Below are positions 49,853-59,689 of a stretch of DNA of 64,000 bases, piece by piece. Below the pieces are notes generated by a model. That model worked only from the letters and a program-made list of their open reading frames with translations. It did not search any database and had not been told where the DNA came from. Each line of letters begins with the position of its first letter. The stretch's first letter is position 1. The position numbers and the translations under genes are program-made. This stretch comes from an uncultured beta proteobacterium (lineage in GTDB: Bacteria > Pseudomonadota > Gammaproteobacteria > Burkholderiales > Burkholderiaceae_C): NCBI GenBank assembly GCA_963726365.1, contig CAVSCI010000021.1, positions 42,136-106,135 of the forward strand, given 5' to 3'.

Positions 49853-50002
49853 GGGGGTTCTCCTGGAGGTCAAACGGTTCGATCAACCGTGGGAGAACTG
49901 TAGAAAACCTGCGGCGGCTTGCCCATTCGTACGGTTACGCGCCACGCTCCGTAGAACTACGGAGCGTGAAATCCCCGACGGCCGTTTCGCCGCGCCGGTG
50001 CG

Positions 50003-50662
50003 TCAGGAGGCCTCGACCAACGCGGCGTAGTGGCGGATCAGCTGCGCCAGCGACTCGGTCTGCAGCTTGGCGAAGAGGTTGGCGCGGTGTGTTTCCACGG
50101 TGCGCGGCGACACACTCAGCGCACGGCCGATCTCCTTGTTGGTCAGGCCCGCCACGATCAGGCCGAGCACCTCGCGTTCGCGCTCGGACAGATTGGCGTA
50201 GCGCTCGCGCGCTTGCCGGTCAGCCTGGTGCCGCTCGCGCGACTTCACATGCTGGCGCACTGCGTTTTGCAGGGTTTCCAGCAGTTGTTCGTCGTTGACC
50301 GGCTTTTCCAGGAACTCGGCCGCGCCCGACTTGAAGGCGCGCCGGCACATTTCCACGGTGCCGTGACCGGTGAGCATGATCACTGGCTGGTCCACGCCCT
50401 GGGCCACCAGGTCGTCGAGCACGGTCAGGCCGCTGATGCCAGGCATGCGCACGTCGAGCACGATGGCGCCAATGCCCTGCCGGTCGAAGCCCTTGATGAA
50501 CACCAGCGGATCGGCCCAGGCCTGCACCCGCAGGCCCACGGTGCCGATCAGCAGCGCCAGGCTGTCGCGGACGGCCGCGTCGTCGTCGATCAGGTGAATC
50601 AGCGGCGACAGCGGGGCGCTGCCAGCGTTCGAAGGGAGTGCCGGGACTGAGCGGGGGGTCAA
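50003..50662 (-). CDS. FixJ/NarL-type response regulator (receiver + LuxR HTH)
   Basis: IHLIDDDAAVRDSL, IVLDVRMPG and MLTGHG, with the C-terminal LSEREREVLGLIVAGLTNKEIGRALSVSPRTVETHR. Confidence 0.9.
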   Translation of the reverse strand: MTPRSVPALPSNAGSAPLSPLIHLIDDDAAVRDSLALLIGTVGLRVQAWADPLVFIKGFDRQGIGAIVLDVRMPGISGLTVLDDLVAQGVDQPVIMLTGHGTVEMCRRAFKSGAAEFLEKPVNDEQLLETLQNAVRQHVKSRERHQADRQARERYANLSEREREVLGLIVAGLTNKEIGRALSVSPRTVETHRANLFAKLQTESLAQLIRHYAALVEAS

Positions 50663-52128
50663 GGGGTTTCTCCCGCGAGCGGCAGGCTCAGGGCAAACAC
50701 CGCGCCGTGCGGTTCATTCGGCGTGGCCGTCAGCGACCCACCCATGTTCGTGGCCAGGGTCTCGCACAGGCTCAGGCCCAGACCCAGGCCACCTTCGCGC
50801 GTGGAAAAGAAAGGCTCGAAGATGCGCGGCAGCACCTCGGGTGCGATGCCGGGCCCGGTGTCGGCCACGTCCAGCTGGCCCCGCGCGCCGTGTGCGCTGA
50901 CGGTCAGCGTCAGGCGCCGTTCGCCGGGCGGGATTTTTTCCAGCGCCTGCAGCGCATTCATCAGCAGGTTGTGGACGATCTGGTCGAGCGCCACGGGCTC
51001 TGCCCGCACCGTGACGCCCTCCGTTGCATGAACAACCGCCGTCACACCGCGCCGCTGGCATTCCGGATCCAGCAGGTACAGGGCGCGACGTACCGCCTCA
51101 GCCAGGTTCACGGCCTGCGTCTGCCCCGCCAGGTCGGGCCGCTCCACCACGCGGCGCAGACGGCCCACCACGTCGGAAGCCCGGCGCGCCTGCTCGACCG
51201 CTTGCACCATCGCCTGGCGCGCGGTGTCCAGTTCGGGCGGATCGTCGTCCAGCAGGCGCCGGGCGGCCTGGGTGTTGGCCATGACCGCCGTCAACGGCTG
51301 GTTCAGCTCGTGCGCCATGCCGGCCGCGAGCTCGCCCAGCGTGTTCAGTCGAGCCACCTGTCCCAGGCGCAGCAACTCCTCGGCACGGCTGCGGGCCGCG
51401 CGCTGGCGCAGTCCATGGCGCAGCAAGGCCAGCGCGGCGGCCACGAACAGTGCCCACAGGAGGATTCGGCCCCAGGGCAAGGCTGTCCAGCTCACCGTCT
51501 GCGTCACCACCACGTCAAAGGGCTGGCTGTCGGCGGCCAGGTGCTTGTGAAACTCGAAGCGCCAGCCACCGCCAGCGGGCTGACCCGGCTGCAGCACGAA
51601 GCTCTGGCCCGCCTGCTCCAGCGCCACGCGCACCGGGCTGGTCGCTGGCGGCAGGGGCCACTCGGCCCACGGCACCATGGCGCGCAGGTCGATCGTGAGG
51701 GCGTAGCTTGCGGGCAACGCGGCCAGCAGAAGCTGGTAGCGGCCGGCGGCGAAGTCCACGGTCCCCAGCACCGCCTGCTTTTGGGTGCGTGAAGCGATTT
51801 CAGCCGCAGCCAGAACCGGGTCGGCCCAGGTGGCCCCGCGGTCGCGGCGCTGTACCGAGAGGATCTGTCCATACAGCGCGGGTAGTCGCTGTTCCGGGGC
51901 GGCGTCCGCGGGGCCTTCAGGGCCGGTCTGCAGCAGCGCAAGGGTGGCCAGTATGGCGTCGTGCTGCACCACGCGCTGGCTCAGCAGGCGGTGCATGATG
52001 CGCGCGTTGGTGTCAAAACCATCGCGCAGTTCCTTCAGTTCCACCAGTGCGAGCGTGATGACACCGGCCAGGGTGAGCACCGTCCAGGCCAGAACCCAAC
52101 CGCGCAATGGTTTCCATGAGGGCTGCAT
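50659..52128 (-). CDS. sensor histidine kinase (periplasmic sensor domain, FixL/DctB-type HisKA)
   Basis: Two TM segments flank a domain of about 200 aa. H-box LAAGMAHELNQPLTAV, N-box HNLLMNALQA, plus DTGPGI and GLGLGLS. It overlaps the regulator gene by 4 nt. Confidence 0.85.
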   Translation of the reverse strand: MQPSWKPLRGWVLAWTVLTLAGVITLALVELKELRDGFDTNARIMHRLLSQRVVQHDAILATLALLQTGPEGPADAAPEQRLPALYGQILSVQRRDRGATWADPVLAAAEIASRTQKQAVLGTVDFAAGRYQLLLAALPASYALTIDLRAMVPWAEWPLPPATSPVRVALEQAGQSFVLQPGQPAGGGWRFEFHKHLAADSQPFDVVVTQTVSWTALPWGRILLWALFVAAALALLRHGLRQRAARSRAEELLRLGQVARLNTLGELAAGMAHELNQPLTAVMANTQAARRLLDDDPPELDTARQAMVQAVEQARRASDVVGRLRRVVERPDLAGQTQAVNLAEAVRRALYLLDPECQRRGVTAVVHATEGVTVRAEPVALDQIVHNLLMNALQALEKIPPGERRLTLTVSAHGARGQLDVADTGPGIAPEVLPRIFEPFFSTREGGLGLGLSLCETLATNMGGSLTATPNEPHGAVFALSLPLAGETP

Positions 52129-52178
52129 CGGCCGGATTCTGGCACGGCGCGGGTCTGCCGCTGCGCGACAATAGCGTC

Positions 52179-53108
52179 ATGACACCTGCCACCGCCCGCC
52201 TGCTGACCCCCCGGCGCCTGCTCATGGCCTCCGTGGTGGTGGCCATCATCACCATCACGCTCAAGACCCTGGCTTGGTACATCACCGGTTCGGTCGGCCT
52301 GCTGTCGGACGCGATGGAGTCCTTCGTCAACCTGGCCAGCGCGATCTTCGGGCTGGTGATGGTGACGATCGCGGCGCGCCCCGCCGACGAGGATCATCCC
52401 TACGGCCATCACAAGGCCGAGTACTTTTCGTCCGGCTTCGAAGGCGCGCTGATCATCGCTGCGGCGGCTGGGATCATCTGGGCGGCCGGGCACCGGCTGT
52501 TCGACCCGCAGCCGATCGAGCAGGTGGGCTGGGGTTTGGCCCTTTCAGTGGCCAGCTCGGGTCTCAATGGCCTGCTGGCCTGGGTGATGTTTCGTGCGGC
52601 GAAGGAGCATCGGTCCATTGCGCTGGAAGCCGACGCGAAGCACCTGGTGACCGATGTCTGGACTTCGGCGGGTGTGGTCGTTGGCATTGCGATGGTGTAT
52701 TTCACTGGCTGGCTCTGGCTGGACCCGGTGGTCGCCATCGGGGTCGCCCTGAATATCCTGTGGGAAGGATTCCACCTGATGTGGCGCTCGTCCCAGGGCC
52801 TGATGGACGAGGCGGTCGAGCCCGACGTGATGGCCACGATCCAGGCGACGCTGGGCGAGTTTTCCCACGCCCGCGGCGAGACGCAGATCATCCGCTTCGA
52901 CCACGTCACCACGCGCAAGGCCGGCCAGCGCCGCTTTGTCGACATGCACATGCACATGCCGGCGGGCTGGTCGCTCGGGCGGGCTGCAGCGGTGCGTACC
53001 AGCGTGGAGCAGGCGCTGATGAGCGCTGTGCCGGGTCTGCGCGCGAGCATCCAGCTGCTGCCCAGCGACGTGGAGGCGCACTTCGACGACCCGAAGGATC
53101 TGATTTGA
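52179..53108 (+). CDS. cation diffusion facilitator (CDF) family metal efflux transporter
   Basis: Start [38 protein letters not shown] and HLVTDVWTS are typical of FieF/CzcD-type CDFs. Confidence 0.85.
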   Translation: MTPATARLLTPRRLLMASVVVAIITITLKTLAWYITGSVGLLSDAMESFVNLASAIFGLVMVTIAARPADEDHPYGHHKAEYFSSGFEGALIIAAAAGIIWAAGHRLFDPQPIEQVGWGLALSVASSGLNGLLAWVMFRAAKEHRSIALEADAKHLVTDVWTSAGVVVGIAMVYFTGWLWLDPVVAIGVALNILWEGFHLMWRSSQGLMDEAVEPDVMATIQATLGEFSHARGETQIIRFDHVTTRKAGQRRFVDMHMHMPAGWSLGRAAAVRTSVEQALMSAVPGLRASIQLLPSDVEAHFDDPKDLI

Positions 53109-53559
53109 TTGCCTCCTGCAGCGCGTCAGCGAGGCGCGCGTGGTGGTGGACGGCGCGGTGACGGGCGAAATCGGCGCCGGCCTGCTGGTGCTGGTCTGCG
53201 CCGAGCGCGGCGACGCGGAAGCGCAGGCCGACAAACTGCTGGCCAGGATCCTGAAACTGCGCATCTTCAGCGACGAGGCCGGCAAGATGAACCGCAGCGT
53301 GCAGGATCTGGATGGGCAGGGTGCTTGCGGCGGCCTGCTGATCGTCAGCCAGTTCACGCTGGCGTCCGACACCACGGGCGGCAACCGCCCCAGCTTCACC
53401 CAAGCCGCACCGCCCGACGTGGGGCAGCGGCTCTACGACTATTTCGTGACCCGGGCCCGCGCCGCGCATCCGGTCGTGCAGACCGGCCGGTTTGCCGCCG
53501 ACATGAAGGTGCAACTCATCAACGACGGGCCGGTGACGATTCCGTTGCGGGTGAATTGA
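53105..53559 (+). pseudogene. dtd: D-aminoacyl-tRNA deacylase with an apparent 1-nt deletion in codons 3-4
   Basis: The main frame (listed 53140..53559) contains [23 protein letters not shown] and [12 protein letters not shown]. Upstream the same frame reads ..[14 protein letters not shown] but has no start. TTG-ATT-GCC at 53105 (M-I-A) is in another frame and joins if GCCTCCTG was GCCCTCCTG. The unrepaired alternative is a GTG start at 53140, which would truncate the conserved N-terminal strand. Confidence 0.75.
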
Positions 53560-53915
53560 AGCGTCGAAGTGCCGGGTTCAGCCCCAGGTAGCTCTCAATT
53601 CGATAGCTTAAAACGACCATTCCACGTTGGTATGGCTCAAGAAAACTTCAATTTTTTTCTTCGAAAGGGCGGCACTCCCGTCGCGGGAGCGACGCAGCCA
53701 GTGCTTTGACACCTTTGCCCTGGATTCTTCGACCCGGCGGGTATCTCGCCATTGTGGGTCAGCCGACGGACGTCATGGACGACTGGCCTGGCAGGGCCTG
53801 ATTGTCGGGGCGGTCATGGGTGTTCTAGCACCCCCACCCCGTACCGTCCTTGTCATTTTGTGGTCAAATTTTTTTCCGGTACTCCTGAAAAATCCCCTCA
53901 ACTTGATTTTTGAAA

Positions 53916-54920
53916 ATGTCAATCATGAAACTTTTTTGCTCCAGCCTGTTGGCTTTTGTCTTGAGCGGCTGCGCTGGCACGCAGATGGCCAACCCGACGG
54001 TGTCCATCCTGGTCGATCTTGATCCAGCCAGCGTGGACCGCACCGTGATTATTGAAAGCATCACGGCTGACCGTGCTGGCGTCCTGTACGCGCCTGACCG
54101 GGTCACAGGCAACATCCTGCGCGTTGACCCGAAGTCGCCCAAGCCGGTGGTGGTGGGCAAAATCGAATCGCGCATGGTTGATGGCAAGAAAGTCGACGCT
54201 TCGCCTTCAGGTATCTTGTTCGACGCCAAGGGTGATTTGTACGTTGCGATCGGCCCATTCAGTGAAATCGTGCGCATCAAGGCCGCAGACCTGAATCCGG
54301 CCAAGCCAGGCGTTGCGCAAACCTTTGCAACCGGCGTGACTGGCGCCAACGGCATCGCTTTTGACAAGCAGGGCAATCTCTTTGTCTCCGGCGGCGCAAG
54401 TGGCATCGTGTACCGCATCGGCTCAAGCGGCGGTGCGGCTCAGGTTGCAGCACAAATCGACAAAAATGTGCGCACCCTGCCTGATGGTAAAACGCAGCAA
54501 GCCATTGTGGCCAATGGTCTGGAATTTGACGCGGCAGGTGTCTTGCACGTGGCCGACACATCCCGCGGTGCGGTATGGAAAGTTGTGATGGGCGCTGACG
54601 GCAAAGGCGGTAAACCCGTTCTGCTGGCGCAGAGTCCCTTGCTTGAGGGCGCGGACGGCATGGCTTTTGATGCCAGCGGCAATGTATGGGTGGCGGCGAA
54701 CGAATTGAACGCCATCGTTTCCGTATCACCCACAGGCGTGGTCAAGACGATTGCCAAAAACGGCAGCCAGGGGCCACTGGAATTCCCCGCGGCACTCGTG
54801 TTTTCGGGCAAGCGTGCCTATGTCGCCAATTTTGACGTGCCACGGCGCGACAACATGGATGCCAACGGCACAACCGCCAAGGATGGCGTTGGCGCTTCCA
54901 TTGCGCAGATTGCACCCTAG
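53916..54920 (+). CDS. SMP-30/gluconolactonase/LRE-like (six-bladed beta-propeller) lipoprotein
   Basis: Lipobox LSGCAG. Repeated propeller signatures are GANGIAFDKQGNLFVSG, ANGLEFDAAGVLHVAD and GADGMAFDASGNVWVA. The start is ATG 53916 or 53925, with no clear RBS. Confidence 0.75.
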   Translation: MSIMKLFCSSLLAFVLSGCAGTQMANPTVSILVDLDPASVDRTVIIESITADRAGVLYAPDRVTGNILRVDPKSPKPVVVGKIESRMVDGKKVDASPSGILFDAKGDLYVAIGPFSEIVRIKAADLNPAKPGVAQTFATGVTGANGIAFDKQGNLFVSGGASGIVYRIGSSGGAAQVAAQIDKNVRTLPDGKTQQAIVANGLEFDAAGVLHVADTSRGAVWKVVMGADGKGGKPVLLAQSPLLEGADGMAFDASGNVWVAANELNAIVSVSPTGVVKTIAKNGSQGPLEFPAALVFSGKRAYVANFDVPRRDNMDANGTTAKDGVGASIAQIAP

Positions 54921-55018
54921 CCGTCTTTTCTAGCGGGTCAGGCCCGCTGTGATGACCGGACAAATGACTACTTTGAGACCTGTTCCAGCAGAGGCCGGGG
55001 TGACGATCCCTCTTGGGC

Positions 55019-55474
55019 TCACAAATAGGGATTCGGCAGCCCCAGCCCGCCCAGAATCTCGACTTCATAGGCTTCCATCGCCTGGGCGTTGGCCTTGCTG
55101 GTCTCGTGGTCCCAGCCCTGCGCGTGCAGCGTGCCGTGCACCAGCAGGTGCGCGTAGTGCGCCTGCAGCGTCTTGCCCTGCTCGCGCGCTTCTTTTTCCA
55201 CCACCGGCGCGCACAGCACCAGGTCGGCGGTGACCACAGGCTCTTGCGTGTAGTCAAAGGTCAGCACGTTGGTGGCGTAATCCTTTTTGCGGTAGTCGCG
55301 GTTCAGCGCGCGGCCCTCCTCAAGATCGACGATGCGCACGGTGATTTCGGCGTCAGCGGCCAGCGCGTGGCAGATCCAGCGCGCGACCTTGTGGCGGGGC
55401 AGGGCGGCGCGGTGGGGCGCGGCGTCGGCCAGATTGCCGAACTGCAGCGAGAGTTGCAGGGTGTTCAGGGGCAT
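55019..55474 (-). CDS. ybeY: rRNA maturation endoribonuclease YbeY
   Basis: Start MPLNTLQL. Zinc site [16 protein letters not shown]. Confidence 0.9.
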   Translation of the reverse strand: MPLNTLQLSLQFGNLADAAPHRAALPRHKVARWICHALAADAEITVRIVDLEEGRALNRDYRKKDYATNVLTFDYTQEPVVTADLVLCAPVVEKEAREQGKTLQAHYAHLLVHGTLHAQGWDHETSKANAQAMEAYEVEILGGLGLPNPYL

Positions 55475-55536
55475 TTTTGAATAAAAAGAGGTCGATCCCA
55501 GCGTCGAATAGTCATTGAATGCTATTGATTCAGTAG

Positions 55537-56496
55537 TTATTCCGCGGCCTTGCGCGATGCCGCCGTGCGCCCACGCATGTCGTAGGCGTCCACGATGCGC
55601 GCCACCAGCGGATGGCGCACCACGTCCACCGAGGTGAAGTGGCACATGGCGATGCCCTTGACGCGGCGCAGCACACGTTCGGCGTCGATCAGGCCGCTGA
55701 GCTGGGTCTTGGGCAGGTCGATCTGGCTCACGTCGCCCGTCACCACGGCCTTGGCGCCAAAGCCGATGCGGGTCAGGAACATCTTCATCTGCTCGGGCGT
55801 GGTGTTCTGCGCCTCGTCCAGGATCACGAAGGCGTGGTTCAGCGTGCGCCCGCGCATGAAGCCCAGCGGCGCGATCTCCAGCGCGCCGCGCTCGAAGGCC
55901 TTGCTCACCTTGTCGAAACCCATCAGGTCGTACAGCGCGTCATACAAAGGGCGCAGGTAGGGGTCCACCTTCTGGTTCAGGTCGCCAGGCAGGTAGCCCA
56001 GGCGCTCGCCGGCCTCCACCGCCGGACGCGTCAGCACGATGCGCTGCACCGACGCGCGTTCCAGCGCGTCCACCGCGGCGGCCACGGCCAGATAGGTCTT
56101 GCCGGTGCCGGCCGGCCCGATGCCGAAGGTGATGTCGTGCGTGGCCATCGCTTCCAGGTAGGTGGCCTGGTTGGGGGTGCGCGCGCGCAGGTCGGCGCGG
56201 CGGGTCTGCAGCACCAGGCCGCCGTCCTCGCCCGCCAGCGTGGCAGCATCCCCCGCGAGCATCAGCTGGATCCGGTCGACCGGGATCGCGCGCTCGGCCA
56301 TCTCGTAGAGCGCCTGCAGCACCTCCATGGCGCGCGTGGCCTTGGCCTTGGGTCCGTCCACCTTGAACTGCTCGTGGCGGTGCGCGACGGTCACCTGAAG
56401 GGCCGCCTCGATGGTGCGCAGGTTGGCGTCCATGGGGCCGCACAGGTTGCCCAGACGGGTGTTGTTATGGGGGGTGAAGGTGTGACGGACAATCAT
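55537..56496 (-). CDS. phoH: PhoH-family ATPase (YbeZ-like)
   Basis: Start MIVRHTFTP. Walker [12 protein letters not shown], followed by [18 protein letters not shown] and FVILDEAQN. The remainder of the listed 621-aa ORF is antisense to the downstream kinase gene. Confidence 0.9.
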   Translation of the reverse strand: MIVRHTFTPHNNTRLGNLCGPMDANLRTIEAALQVTVAHRHEQFKVDGPKAKATRAMEVLQALYEMAERAIPVDRIQLMLAGDAATLAGEDGGLVLQTRRADLRARTPNQATYLEAMATHDITFGIGPAGTGKTYLAVAAAVDALERASVQRIVLTRPAVEAGERLGYLPGDLNQKVDPYLRPLYDALYDLMGFDKVSKAFERGALEIAPLGFMRGRTLNHAFVILDEAQNTTPEQMKMFLTRIGFGAKAVVTGDVSQIDLPKTQLSGLIDAERVLRRVKGIAMCHFTSVDVVRHPLVARIVDAYDMRGRTAASRKAAE

Positions 56497-56499
56497 GGC

Positions 56500-58443
56500 G
56501 TGAAGTGGAGGCTGTCTTTTATTGTCGCGCTTTCCCGTTCGCTGGCGTTGGGCAGCTTGCTGGCCCTGCTTGCTGCGTCGCCATGCCGCGCCGAAGTGAT
56601 CCTGATCCAGCAGGCCGAAGTGTCGGAAGGTCCGGGCCTGACCGCCGCAGTGCCGACCTGGCGGGCGCAGGCTTTGCCGGACGACTGGGGCCGTACGCGG
56701 TCCGAGTTTGGCGGTGAGCTCTGGTACCGCATACCGCTGGACGCCACGGGTCTGGTGAAGGGCAACCAGGTTCCGGCACTTTATGTGGAGCGGGTCTGCA
56801 GCAATCTGGCGGTGTACCTGAACGGTTCGCTGGTGGGCTCCGGCGGGCGCCTCGCGCCGCCCTACAGCCGCAACTGCTTCACGCCGCAGATGTTCACGCT
56901 GCCCCAGGCGCTGCTGAAACCCGGCGTCAACATGATCCACATTCAGGTCGTGGGCTATCCCTTGCGCCAGGTCTCGGCCGCCCAGAGGTCTTCGGGCTTG
57001 TCGGTGGTGCGCATCGGCGCGTCCGAGGCATTGCGGCCCCTGTACGAGCAGGCGCTGTGGTGGAACATCACGCTGCCCAAGGTCATCACGGCCTTGCTGG
57101 GGGCCTTTACCGTCTTCATTGGCGCCCTTTGGCTGACGCGCCCGAAGGACACCTACTACGGGTACTTCACCCTGTGGATTGGCTGGTGGACGCTCAACAC
57201 CACGCGCCTGTACGTCATTGATCCGCCGCTGCCTGGACCGTGGATCGAGATGCTGGTGCCGGCGACAGCGCCGCTTTGTGTATCGGGCCTTGTGCTCTTC
57301 CTGATGCGCTTTCTCGGGCGCAGCGTGGGCTGGGTCAATCAGGTGCTGTGGTGGCAGCTGCTGGTCATCCCGTTGATCTTCCTGTGGGGCGGGCAGGAGC
57401 ATGTCTACCCGCTCGCCCGATGGACCTACTACTGGCTGGTGCCGCAGTTCATCGTCGCTTCATTCTGGTTCATGGCGGTCTCCTGGCGGGTATCGCGGCG
57501 CGACTTCTGGCTGTTCTCGGTGATCCTGATCACGATGGTGGCGATCACGCTGGTCGAGCTGGCGGCCGCATTCCTGGCGCTGCCTCTCAAGATGCATCTC
57601 GGTCATCTGGGCGGGCCGATCACGCTGCTGCCCCTGTGCCTGCGCCTGATCTGGGTCTTCAGCGACAACCTGCGCCGCAGCGAGGAGCTCAATGTCGAAC
57701 TGGAGCGGCGCGTGACCGAGAAGTCCAGCGAGATCGCGCGCAACTTCGCTGAACTCTCCAGCCTTCGCGCGCGCGAGGCCGTGCAGGACGAGCGCCAGCG
57801 TATCGCCTCCGACCTGCACGACGATCTGGGGGCCAAATTGCTGAGCATCGCCCATGAAAGCCGCCGCGTAGACGATCAGGGGCAACTTGCGGGCATGGCG
57901 CGCCAGGCGCTCGATGAAATGCGTCTTTCGGTTCGCGGCATGGTCAGCGAGCCTTTGCGTGCTGCCGAAGTGCTGGGGGACTGGCGCGCCGAGACGGTGC
58001 AGCGCCTTGCGGCGGCCGGCTTCACCGTCGACTGGCAGGCGGCCGAGCCGCCGGCCGGCCTGTTGCTGCCGGCGCGCACCCAGGTGCAGCTGACCCGCGT
58101 TCTGCGTGAGGCGGTTTCCAATCTGATTCGGCATAGCGGAGGCCGCCATTGCCGGGTGGTGATCGGCTTTTCGCAGGAAGCGATGGCGCTGACGGTCGAA
58201 GACGACGGATGCGGCATGGATGCGGCGGCGCTGGGCGCCAAGGGAAACGGGCTCGGCGGCATCGAGCGTCGGGTCCGCATTCTGGGGGGGCATCACACCT
58301 GGCGACAGGGCCCCCTGGGGGGGGCCTGTCTCGATGTCCGTGTGCCGATTGCCCAGGAAACGGGTGGCGCGGCCGGCGACCCGGACAATGCAATGGAAAC
58401 GCTTCCGCTAACATCTTCAAATGCAACACGCCCTGATCGTTGA
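56500..58443 (+). CDS. 7TM-receptor-type (7TMR-DISM-like) sensor histidine kinase with HisKA_3 (NarX/DesK-type) dimerisation domain
   Basis: GTG 56500 gives VKWRLSFIVALSRSLALGSLLALLAASPCRAEV (signal). This is followed by an extracytoplasmic domain of about 170 aa and about seven TM helices. The H-box is ERQRIASDLHDDLGAKL, with HATPase motifs (NLIRHS, DDGCGM, GNGLGG). The upstream part of the listed ORF is antisense to phoH. Confidence 0.8.
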   Translation: MKWRLSFIVALSRSLALGSLLALLAASPCRAEVILIQQAEVSEGPGLTAAVPTWRAQALPDDWGRTRSEFGGELWYRIPLDATGLVKGNQVPALYVERVCSNLAVYLNGSLVGSGGRLAPPYSRNCFTPQMFTLPQALLKPGVNMIHIQVVGYPLRQVSAAQRSSGLSVVRIGASEALRPLYEQALWWNITLPKVITALLGAFTVFIGALWLTRPKDTYYGYFTLWIGWWTLNTTRLYVIDPPLPGPWIEMLVPATAPLCVSGLVLFLMRFLGRSVGWVNQVLWWQLLVIPLIFLWGGQEHVYPLARWTYYWLVPQFIVASFWFMAVSWRVSRRDFWLFSVILITMVAITLVELAAAFLALPLKMHLGHLGGPITLLPLCLRLIWVFSDNLRRSEELNVELERRVTEKSSEIARNFAELSSLRAREAVQDERQRIASDLHDDLGAKLLSIAHESRRVDDQGQLAGMARQALDEMRLSVRGMVSEPLRAAEVLGDWRAETVQRLAAAGFTVDWQAAEPPAGLLLPARTQVQLTRVLREAVSNLIRHSGGRHCRVVIGFSQEAMALTVEDDGCGMDAAALGAKGNGLGGIERRVRILGGHHTWRQGPLGGACLDVRVPIAQETGGAAGDPDNAMETLPLTSSNATRPDR

Positions 58444-59080
58444 AGACTTGCCCCAGATACGGGGATGGCTTGGGGACGTGGCGCGCGCCGCGTTTCCGGC
58501 TGTTCAGGTGACCACGGCCGCGCGGGTGGATCAGGCCCTGGCCTGCGTGGCGCAGCAGAATTTCGACCTTGCACTGGTCGACCTGGGCCTGCCCGACGGC
58601 TCGGGCCTTGACGTCGTTGGCGCGTTGCGCCATCACCAACCCAAGTCGCTGCCCGTGGTGGTGACGATCTATGACGACGACGAGCACCTGTTTCCCGCAC
58701 TGCAGGCAGGCGCCTTTGGCTATCTGCTCAAGGAGCAGCCGCAGCAAGAGCTGGTGGCCCAGCTGCTGCGCATGGCCCAGGGCGAGCCTCCACTGTCCCC
58801 GCCGATCGCGCGCAGAGTGCTCTCGCACTTTGCGACCAGTCCGCAGCGCCGCCAGACCTTGATGCGCAGCGTTGAGGACGAGGTCAAGCTCACCGACCGC
58901 GAGACCGAGGTCTTGCAGCGCGTGGCCAAGGGCTATACCCTGCCCGAAATCGCCCAGCAGTTTGGACTTTCGCGCCACACGATCGCGGATTACATCAAGC
59001 AGATCTACCGAAAACTCAATGTGTCGTCCCGCGCCGAAGCGGCGCTGGAGGCGGCACGCCGCGGACTGGTACAGCCATGA
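58421..59080 (+). CDS. NarL/LuxR-family response regulator
   Basis: [24 protein letters not shown] and the C-terminal [43 protein letters not shown]. It overlaps the kinase gene by 23 nt. Confidence 0.9.
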   Translation: MQHALIVEDLPQIRGWLGDVARAAFPAVQVTTAARVDQALACVAQQNFDLALVDLGLPDGSGLDVVGALRHHQPKSLPVVVTIYDDDEHLFPALQAGAFGYLLKEQPQQELVAQLLRMAQGEPPLSPPIARRVLSHFATSPQRRQTLMRSVEDEVKLTDRETEVLQRVAKGYTLPEIAQQFGLSRHTIADYIKQIYRKLNVSSRAEAALEAARRGLVQP

Positions 59081-59108
59081 CCCGCCTCACGTCAACCAGG
59101 GACACTTC

Positions 59109-59681
59109 ATGATCGGACGTCTGCAAGGCACGCTGGCCGTAAAAAACCCGCCCGAAGTGGTGGTCGACTGCCATGGCGTGGGCTACGAGGTGAGCGTGCC
59201 GATGAGCACCTTCTACAACCTGCCCGCGCTCGGCGAACCCATCACGCTGCTCACGCATTTCGTGGTGCGCGAGGACGCGCAGCTGCTCTACGGCTTCGCC
59301 ACCGCCGCGGAGCGCGAGGCGTTTCGCCAGCTCATCAAGATCAGCGGCGTGGGGCCGCGCACGGCGCTGTCGGTGCTCTCCGGCATGAGCGTGGGCGAGC
59401 TTTCGCAGGCCATCACCGCGCAGGAAGCCGGGCGGCTGGTCAAGGTGCCCGGCATCGGCAAGAAAACGGCCGAGCGCCTGCTGCTCGAACTCAAGGGCAA
59501 GCTCGGCGCGGACATCGGACTGCCGGTGGGCCTGGCCAGCGATGCGCAGGCCGACATCCAGCAGGCGCTGGTGGCGCTGGGCTACAGCGACAAGGAGGCC
59601 GGGCTGGCGCTCAAGGCGCTGCCGAAGGAGGTCGGTGTCAGTGAAGGCATCAAGCTGGCGCTGAAGGCGCTGGCGAAATAA
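59109..59681 (+). CDS. ruvA: Holliday junction DNA helicase subunit RuvA
   Basis: MIGRLQGTL...GVGYEV...[17 protein letters not shown]...[20 protein letters not shown]. Confidence 0.95.
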   Translation: MIGRLQGTLAVKNPPEVVVDCHGVGYEVSVPMSTFYNLPALGEPITLLTHFVVREDAQLLYGFATAAEREAFRQLIKISGVGPRTALSVLSGMSVGELSQAITAQEAGRLVKVPGIGKKTAERLLLELKGKLGADIGLPVGLASDAQADIQQALVALGYSDKEAGLALKALPKEVGVSEGIKLALKALAK

Positions 59682-59689
59682 TCCGGACC

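Noticed and set aside
50638-51792. 384-aa plus-strand ORF, and similar long ORFs at 28782-29747, 29778-30740, 30823-32346 (-), 39642-41024 and 45061-45969
   Set aside because: All lie opposite genes with strong family signatures (sensor kinase, HAD phosphatase, prfC, ahcY, paaA/rlmJ, anmK). They have the skewed Arg/Ala/Gly composition of antisense frames in high-GC DNA.
53627-54022. 131-aa ORF in the long region upstream of the beta-propeller lipoprotein gene
   Set aside because: It has no RBS, an odd composition and overlaps the lipoprotein gene start. It is more likely non-coding DNA.
55612-56499. N-terminal 296 codons of the listed 943-aa plus-strand ORF
   Set aside because: This part is antisense to phoH, which has clear Walker A and PhoH motifs, and is low-complexity. 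The real kinase most plausibly starts at GTG 56500, before a signal peptide.
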